62,668 nt of DNA, taken from positions 1 through 62,668 of the IMG/VR virus record IMGVR_UViG_3300032330_000840, one strand, 5' to 3'. The notes under the pieces were generated by a model. That model searched no databases and was not told the origin of the DNA. It worked only from the letters and a program-made list of their open reading frames with translations. Numbering within the stretch: position 1 is the stretch's first letter; the number at the start of each line of letters is the position of its first letter. Positions 57,583 to 62,668 of this stretch are shown here, piece after piece. The position numbers and the translations under genes were made by a program. Source of the stretch: a virus (Duplodnaviria > Caudoviricetes).

Positions 57583-57829
57583 CCCAGGGATCCTTTTGCG
57601 TTGTCATCGGTTTTGGATTGGTATCCGCTTTAATGGAAATCATGCGGTTGCCGTTCTTGTCCTTCTTCAACCAAGCGCCAAGCTTGATCACAACAACCTC
57701 ATCCTCGGAGGCGTCAATCATGGCCAGAAGATAGTCCCGCTCAAACTTGATGTCGCCATTCATGTCTGGCTGTTTGTCGGTAGTCTTGCGCGTGTTGGTG
57801 AGAAGTAGTCCGCTGTTTGGGTAGTCCAT
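57575..57829 (-). CDS. small SSB-like protein
   Basis: NSGLL..N..K..DKQPD..G.I, AWLK, acidic-aromatic tail DPWDD; next to ERF. Confidence 0.6.
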   Translation of the reverse strand: MDYPNSGLLLTNTRKTTDKQPDMNGDIKFERDYLLAMIDASEDEVVVIKLGAWLKKDKNGNRMISIKADTNPKPMTTQKDPWDD

Positions 57830-58554
57830 TATTGATCCTTAAATTTTGCTTTGTTTTCTTTGAACATGTCCATGACCTCGTCATAGACCTCGGGGTGGGA
57901 AGTTTTCACTGCGCTGTACAACTCGCGGTTGACCTTGAACATTTCCTTGACCTGCTCTTCGCTAGTTGCGTAGCTCAGCTTCAGTTTGGTCGCGCTCAAC
58001 AGTAACTTGTTATGGTCGTCAGCATCCTCGGCGTGGATGGTGATGGTCCACTCGGGGTTCTTCTCCTCGTAGGGAGGCGGCAATGTATCACCTTTCACGC
58101 GCTTGGCTGGTGCCTGGACGATGGGAGGGCGTGGCACAAAGATTGATGGCTCTTTGGCAACCGGGCGCTCTTCCTTTACGTCTGCTGGCTTGGAGGCGTC
58201 CAGCACATCATGCTCAACGATCTCCATTGCAGTCATCCACAGGTAGCGGCGCTGGTAGGTTTCAACTGCACCCAGGTTCTGGATGGGGTGTGCACCCTTC
58301 AGCTCGGCCTTAGCCATAGGGCTGGTGATCACGATGGCGGTTCCATCATCTATATCAGTGATAGTGAGCACGGCGTACTCTGTTGTGTAAGAGACAACTC
58401 CGCACAGGCCAACATCGGAAAAGATGTTTTGGATCTCGGGCAGGAAGTCGCCCAACTCAAAGTAGCTGTAGCCAGCAAACTTGTTCTGTCCCGTCTTCTT
58501 CAACTTGGTTCCCTGCAGACGAATCCGCGCGACCATTAATTTGTTATGTACCAT
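57829..58554 (-). CDS. erf: ERF-family single-strand annealing protein
   Basis: KKTGQNKFAGYSYFELGD, QNLGAVETYQRRYL..AMEIVEHD. Confidence 0.88.
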   Translation of the reverse strand: MVHNKLMVARIRLQGTKLKKTGQNKFAGYSYFELGDFLPEIQNIFSDVGLCGVVSYTTEYAVLTITDIDDGTAIVITSPMAKAELKGAHPIQNLGAVETYQRRYLWMTAMEIVEHDVLDASKPADVKEERPVAKEPSIFVPRPPIVQAPAKRVKGDTLPPPYEEKNPEWTITIHAEDADDHNKLLLSATKLKLSYATSEEQVKEMFKVNRELYSAVKTSHPEVYDEVMDMFKENKAKFKDQ

Positions 58555-58572
58555 TTTTTTTCCTAAAAGGTG

Positions 58573-58631
58573 GGGTGTTGTGTCTGACCCTTCAAATCAG
58601 GAGGCAACTATGACCTCGACGCCAACACCCC
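58573..58631 (-). ncRNA. candidate three-way-junction RNA upstream of erf
   Basis: GGGGUGUUG/CAACACCCC closing stem; inner GAGG/CCUC and CUGAUU/GGUCAG arms. Confidence 0.5.
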
Positions 58632-58637
58632 TGAAAA

Positions 58638-58730
58638 TTACTTACTCATTTGTCCAGCCTTGTAGCCAAGGAACCAACAGATCGCGCAAGGTACTGCTAC
58701 ACCTAATGCAATAAGGATGTCGAGTGCCAT
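58638..58730 (-). CDS. 30-aa single-TM peptide
   Basis: MALDILIALGVAVPCAICWFLGYKAGQMSK*; overlaps the lipoprotein stop. Confidence 0.55.
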   Translation of the reverse strand: MALDILIALGVAVPCAICWFLGYKAGQMSK

Positions 58731-59137
58731 CATTTTGCGATCTTTGGCAGGGGGTATGGCACCTTGTTGGTGGGCTGGCAGTGACCATCGTCCGAGGCAA
58801 AGGGTTTGGTTTTGAAGTCAGCGTCTTCCAGGCAGCTTGTGTTGGCCGACACGGTTGAGCACTTCACTTTGACCAAGCTGGTTTTGTTGGGGGCAACAAA
58901 GTCCATCGTGGCCCATCCATCACCTTGAGGGCAGGCGTTGTCCTGGCTTGAGTCGCCCCGGCCAACAATGTCCCAACCCTTAAACAGGACGTTCTCTTGC
59001 CGATAGCGTTGTGCGTTCCACATTGCGTTCTCACGCGCTGTTCCCTTGGCTTCTTCCAATGAGGCAAAGCTAACTTCATCACCCTTGCAGGCGGTCAGTA
59101 GTGCTGCGACTGACAGAGTAATCAGTAGTCCCTTCAT
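58730..59137 (-). CDS. lipoprotein
   Basis: MKGLLITLSVAALLTA-C lipobox; four further Cys. Confidence 0.8.
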   Translation of the reverse strand: MKGLLITLSVAALLTACKGDEVSFASLEEAKGTARENAMWNAQRYRQENVLFKGWDIVGRGDSSQDNACPQGDGWATMDFVAPNKTSLVKVKCSTVSANTSCLEDADFKTKPFASDDGHCQPTNKVPYPLPKIAK

Positions 59138-59138
59138 G

Positions 59139-59354
59139 TCATACTCCCTCGATAGTTGCCTGCTCGGGTACGCTGACCGCCGTCTCAAGGACCGCGCCAT
59201 TGCTCATCAACTGAGCAACATCCAAGGTCTTGGCGATGCGTACATCAAAGGTTTTGCCAGCGATGTGGCGGATGGCTTGTGCCTGGCTTGCGGCCTGCAC
59301 GAGGTGTTGTGTGCCACCATTGGTGACTACGTAAATGCGTTGTTCTGCTGCCAT
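59139..59354 (-). CDS. hypothetical protein
   Basis: RIYVV, LVQAASQAQAIRHIA. Confidence 0.75.
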   Translation of the reverse strand: MAAEQRIYVVTNGGTQHLVQAASQAQAIRHIAGKTFDVRIAKTLDVAQLMSNGAVLETAVSVPEQATIEGV

Positions 59355-59626
59355 TATTTCTCTCCAGTTTTAATCAAAGTAATAAAGACGGGAGTCAAGT
59401 CCCCCATCCATGCCCCAATTGTGTTGAACTCAAAAAACTCAATGGCCTCGGTTTCATCCATGCCATCAGCCATCAAGATATCAATCACCTTCTCCATGTC
59501 GTAGGCCACTACTGGGTGCATCCCGCATCGTTCTGCAATCCCAGCAATAGCTACGTCATATCCATCAGGCTCCAAGAACATAGCGTCCTCCAAAGCCTCC
59601 ATAATTTGTTCGCGTGGTGCGTCCAT
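59354..59626 (-). CDS. conserved acidic phage protein
   Basis: DGYDVAIAG, VAYDMEKVIDIL, EAIEFFEFNTIGAWMG..TPVF; start re-set to ATG 59626. Confidence 0.75.
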   Translation of the reverse strand: MDAPREQIMEALEDAMFLEPDGYDVAIAGIAERCGMHPVVAYDMEKVIDILMADGMDETEAIEFFEFNTIGAWMGDLTPVFITLIKTGEK

Positions 59627-59793
59627 CACCATGCTCCAAACCAAATGCCCGTCCCGTGAATCCATGCGATGGGAAACAGGATCGCCCCCGCCAACAAGAA
59701 TCCCCATGATGCAGTCTTCAGGCACACAAAGATGTGTGTGAGCCATGAAGCCGCAATCCAAATGACCAGTGCTGGCCCCCAAAAATCTTTCAT
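59626..59793 (-). CDS. 55-aa Trp-rich membrane protein
   Basis: Manual translation MKDFWGPALVIWIAASWLTHIFVC...FPIAWIHGTGIWFGAW*; AAGGAG SD. Confidence 0.75.
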   Translation of the reverse strand: MKDFWGPALVIWIAASWLTHIFVCLKTASWGFLLAGAILFPIAWIHGTGIWFGAW

Positions 59794-59795
59794 TC

Positions 59796-60674
59796 TTACT
59801 CCTTGGTTTTAAGATAGTCCTGGTACTGATTGCACCAACGACTGACTGAGCAGAAGTTGGCACAGCGCGTCCGTTCACCTGGGCGCACCTCAATCTCGTA
59901 CTCCTTTCCGTACTCAGCCACCTTGGCCTGAGCTTCATCAATGGTGTCGCAGACGTTGCGGGCTTTGACGCCACCAATCTTTTTGACCGCGTAGGTCGTT
60001 TGCTTTTCCCACATCTCTTCTGGAGTGCAGTGGGGTAATTCATCACCAGTCTCAAGATCAAACAGGGCGTTGGAGTGAAGCTCAACGCGCTTCTCAATGA
60101 ACTCCTGTTGCTCCTCGTAAGACCAGAGCCGGATGGGGATAACCTTGACTGGCGCATCGGGATAGTTGGCCTTGAGGGCGGCATCACGGCGGCTCCAATC
60201 ACGGATGATGGCTACGATCTCCAGCTTGCTTACGTCCGACTTCTTGACCTTGCGGACCAGCCATGCGTAGATGTTGAGCTGCAGCTCCCAGTCGATCTTC
60301 TCGTTCATCACCGACCAGGCCCCAACAGTCTTGTAGTCGTTGACGGTTATGGTTTCATCCTCATTGATGATCTGCAGATCTATAGCACCTGATATAGACC
60401 AGCCGTCAACGGTGGTGTGCAGGCGTTCTTCAACAAGGTGGCTGTCATCGCGGCCATGCTCCAGTACGCCGTGGATAGCCGTACCAAAGATGGACCAGAC
60501 CATCTCGCTGACATCCTGCTCAATCTCGTCAGCGTGGATCTTGCGGAGCTGGACAATGCGGGGCGAGGAGATCAGCTCGGTAGCCGAAATGTTGGCCTTA
60601 CCTTTGGAGTAGGTGGGGCGGCGCAGGACGTTAACGAATGTCTGCGGCAGGTTGTGTTTGTTGGTGAGGATCAC
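59796..60674 (-). CDS. PD-(D/E)xK Cas4-like exonuclease
   Basis: GTG start after AGGAG; GTAIHGVLE, ISGAIDL, DYKT, QLNIY, C..W..RC..FC..WC. Confidence 0.85.
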   Translation of the reverse strand: MILTNKHNLPQTFVNVLRRPTYSKGKANISATELISSPRIVQLRKIHADEIEQDVSEMVWSIFGTAIHGVLEHGRDDSHLVEERLHTTVDGWSISGAIDLQIINEDETITVNDYKTVGAWSVMNEKIDWELQLNIYAWLVRKVKKSDVSKLEIVAIIRDWSRRDAALKANYPDAPVKVIPIRLWSYEEQQEFIEKRVELHSNALFDLETGDELPHCTPEEMWEKQTTYAVKKIGGVKARNVCDTIDEAQAKVAEYGKEYEIEVRPGERTRCANFCSVSRWCNQYQDYLKTKE

Positions 60675-60709
60675 GCTTTTCTCCTGTAAAATTTGGGGTG
60701 GTGCAACAC

Positions 60710-60739
60710 ATTGTACCCATATCTTATCATGTATTGCAA
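60710..60739 (-). promoter_or_regulatory. sigma70-like promoter for the recombination module
   Basis: TTGCAA-18 nt-TACAAT on the minus strand. Confidence 0.55.
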
Positions 60740-60759
60740 TCACTTGGAAAAATAAATTT

Positions 60760-61074
60760 ATGGCCGTCACAACAACGCAGCGCAGCCTCAAGTACATGAG
60801 GGACAACGGCTTCTACGCAGAGGTGGTGGAGCGGTACAACTCCTTCACAAAGCGCAAGAATGACTTTGCTGGCTTCATTGACATCCTGTGCCTGGGGCAG
60901 GGTGCGGTGATTGGGGTGCAGACCACGAGCTGGGGACACACATCAGACCGGTTGAAGAAGATCCTTGAGCACGAGAACCTGGACATCGTGCGTGACGCCG
61001 GTATCAAGATCGAGGTCCACGGCTGGCATAAGAAGGACAACCGTTGGCAGGTAAAAATTATCCATGTAGAATAA
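60760..61074 (+). CDS. small PD-(D/E)xK nuclease, Holliday-junction-resolvase-like
   Basis: TQRSLKYMR..G..AEVVE, DFAGFIDIL, GVQTTS, IEVHGW. Confidence 0.75.
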   Translation: MAVTTTQRSLKYMRDNGFYAEVVERYNSFTKRKNDFAGFIDILCLGQGAVIGVQTTSWGHTSDRLKKILEHENLDIVRDAGIKIEVHGWHKKDNRWQVKIIHVE

Positions 61075-61111
61075 AGCCGTGCTTCTCTCCTTGGCTCTTT
61101 ACGGAGTCCTT

Positions 61112-61139
61112 GACCCCTGGGAAACTGGGGGTCTTCTTT
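61112..61139 (+). terminator. probable intrinsic terminator
   Basis: GACCCCTGG-GAAA-CTGGGGGTC followed by TTCTTT. Confidence 0.65.
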
Positions 61140-61151
61140 AACAGCTGTTAG

Positions 61152-61482
61152 AGTCAACGCGCATGGGGATTGATCTCGGCAAACAAGGTAGGCGTGGGCA
61201 GGAACGATAAGCCCGTTACCACGCACAGTCTCCAGCCGTGTTGGTTAAACCTGAAGGGCAACTGCGTAGCGGAAGCCCCGAAACTGTCCCTGTGAAGGTA
61301 GCGCTGCCGATGAACGGGTTACCCTTGCTGGATTCATGGGGCCAACAACTAACACGCATGGGGATTGTTCCTAGCTACTATTTGGAATAGTCACCAGCCG
61401 TGTTGGTGGTCTATCGGGTTAGCGCCGGTATGCTCAACTCCAAGGTTGTTTCATAACACACTGCTTCATGTGAGCCACCAAC
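61152..61482 (+). ncRNA. chain of four overlapping structured RNA units (A1-B-A2-C)
   Basis: Direct repeats CGCATGGGGATTG (61160, 61355) and CCAGCCGTGTTGGT (61232, 61394) that pair with each other; GUUGG/CCAAC closing stems. Confidence 0.7.
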
Positions 61483-61502
61483 AAATATTTTTCAAAAAGA
61501 TC

Positions 61503-61530
61503 TTGCACACCACAAAAATTGGTGTATAGT
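61503..61530 (+). promoter_or_regulatory. sigma70-like promoter
   Basis: TTGCAC-16 nt-TATAGT with an A/T-rich upstream tract. Confidence 0.6.
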
Positions 61531-61537
61531 GATCCCC

Positions 61538-61634
61538 GTTGCAGTCGTGTGCAATAGATTGAAAGCCGTTACTCATGCATTGGCCTCTAGGGATTCTTGG
61601 AGGACACGACCCAGTGCAGTAGTAACGGCTTTTT
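61538..61634 (+). ncRNA. C4/CI-like antisense RNA with upstream target hairpin
   Basis: 12-bp and 8-bp stems around a CA/GU loop; bulge ACACGAC (61604-10) complementary to GUCGUGU (61544-50); U tail. Confidence 0.7.
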
Positions 61635-61639
61635 GCATT

Positions 61640-61965
61640 TGCGCGGCAACCGGACTCCATCCGTAGCAAGTGGTTGTATCGCCAGCGTGGAAGAAAAGAC
61701 AGAACCTCGGTGTGACCCGCACCTCCGAAGTAGCGCAAGCCAAAAGGAATAAACAAGATTGTCAGCAATGACACAAACCCTAGTACGCTGGGAGATGATC
61801 GACAAGCCGGTGAGAACTGGCTTTATCGGGATTCCAGGGGAGGGCGGCATGGCCTGCCGTAGACTGCTTAACAACCAGTCATCCGCATCTTGATAAAGAG
61901 TCGTAGACCATCCAGCCAATACCAGGGGAGGGAGGGTAGACGGGTAAGAGGGACTAGCAGTGATG
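61640..61965 (+). other. non-coding structured region with GNRA hairpins and G-tracts (ncRNA or origin)
   Basis: UGUCA-GCAA-UGACA, AAGCCGGU-GAGA-ACUGGCUU, CCAGCGU/ACGCUGG; no credible ORF. Confidence 0.5.
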
Positions 61966-61974
61966 ATGTAACAG

Positions 61975-62004
61975 TTGACATTGCTGGAATTCATGTGTTA
62001 TGAT
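61975..62004 (+). promoter_or_regulatory. near-consensus sigma70-like promoter
   Basis: TTGACA-18 nt-TATGAT with TGn extension. Confidence 0.75.
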
Positions 62005-62022
62005 ATTGCCAAGGAGCAAACA

Positions 62023-62211
62023 ATGATTGATTGGATGAAGAACCTGTGCCGCCCACCATCCCCACAAGCGATGGCGTTGCGTGAACTTGAGATAGCCAAA
62101 CGGGAGAAGCTTGATGCTGAATCCGGTGTGGACTATGCAAAGTCCGTTGTGGACTACAACAATGCTCGTATTGAGCGCCTCGAAAACTTTCTTTATGGAG
62201 AGACAAAATGA
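62023..62211 (+). CDS. hypothetical protein
   Basis: AAGGAG SD; PSPQAMALRELE.A.R..L.AES..DYA..YN.ARIERL. Confidence 0.75.
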   Translation: MIDWMKNLCRPPSPQAMALRELEIAKREKLDAESGVDYAKSVVDYNNARIERLENFLYGETK

Positions 62212-62630
62212 ACTGGAACATTTTTAAACGTATCGAAGAACTGGAAGCTACTGTTAACAAGTTGCGCCTTCAATTGGTTGAGCACACCTTTAAAATTGAT
62301 GATCTCGAAAACAAGGATAACGCTGTTACTGTTGAACAGTTCCCCATCATCACCGACCTTGGCCGCGCAGTGGTGAAGGCAGAGGGTCAGCCAATCCCCA
62401 TGTTTGAGTCCGAACTCAAGCGTGAGCGCCTGGCACAAAGAAAGCGCGAGTACTACCAGCGCAACCGCGAACAGATCCTGGCTAAGCAGAGGGCTAAAAA
62501 GCGTGATGAAGAGCGTAAGCGCAAGTCTCGTGAGTACGCCAAAAAGTACTACGCCAAGAAGAAGGCTGAACAGATGGCGAAACATGCCGAACAGCGGTTC
62601 CAAGAGAAGTTTAACCCGATAGCGGCATGA
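62208..62630 (+). CDS. basic coiled-coil protein
   Basis: KREYYQRNREQILAKQR; GGAG SD. Confidence 0.7.
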   Translation: MNWNIFKRIEELEATVNKLRLQLVEHTFKIDDLENKDNAVTVEQFPIITDLGRAVVKAEGQPIPMFESELKRERLAQRKREYYQRNREQILAKQRAKKRDEERKRKSREYAKKYYAKKKAEQMAKHAEQRFQEKFNPIAA

Positions 62631-62668
62631 AAGCCCTGTACGACCTTATCACCCGAGGTCTGTCAGCC
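62627..62668 (+). CDS. 3'-truncated ORF
   Basis: ATGA overlap; open to the window end. Confidence 0.4.
   Translation, partial: MKALYDLITRGLSA

Noticed and set aside
59354-60202. 282-aa ORF as given in the track
   Set aside because: Its upstream part overlaps the exonuclease and a 55-aa membrane gene; the credible start is ATG 59626
61275-61320. Second (type II) hammerhead in unit B (GAAAC...GUA...CCGAUGA)
   Set aside because: Core reads CCGAUGA rather than CUGANGA, and stems I and III are too weak
61152-61482. CRISPR or TIGR array interpretation of the repeats
   Set aside because: Only two copies of each repeat, irregular spacing, and no Cas operon or Nop-domain gene recognised; the Cas4-like nuclease sits in an ordinary ERF recombination module
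62627-62668. Circular closure: the last ORF joins position 1 in frame
   Set aside because: No terminal overlap seen, and an in-frame join has a 1-in-3 chance; a gap of small genes is equally plausible

Overview
The window reads as a near-complete (about 62.7 kb) tailed dsDNA phage genome with a podovirus-like gene set. A proteobacterial host is inferred from the gene families and not shown directly. Layout: (i) 1-5409 (+) small genes, HNH-AP2 endonuclease, ParB-like protein, SF2 helicase and TOPRIM primase; (ii) 5406-9672 (-) small early-type genes; (iii) 9908-56031 (+) terminases, portal, GroES-like protein, scaffold, capsid, adaptors, fibres, lysis genes, nozzle, three probable ejection proteins and a 4572-aa polyvalent DarB/DdrB-like protein; (iv) 56015-60674 (-) recombination module (ERF, SSB-like, Cas4-like nuclease, lipoprotein); (v) 60760-62668 (+) resolvase-like gene, a ~900-nt non-coding block and small genes. 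I recognised no DNA polymerase, RNA polymerase, integrase, tRNA or CRISPR array. The most notable signal is non-coding RNA structure: a complete type I hammerhead ribozyme (8771-8820, -), two covarying hairpins in the same early transcript, a multi-pseudoknot leader after the capsid gene, and a chain of overlapping structured units at 61152-61482. That chain shares an internal-loop signature with an adjacent C4/CI-like antisense RNA and is followed by a GNRA-rich region and a five-tract G-quadruplex motif. All calls are by eye; no database search or folding program was run.
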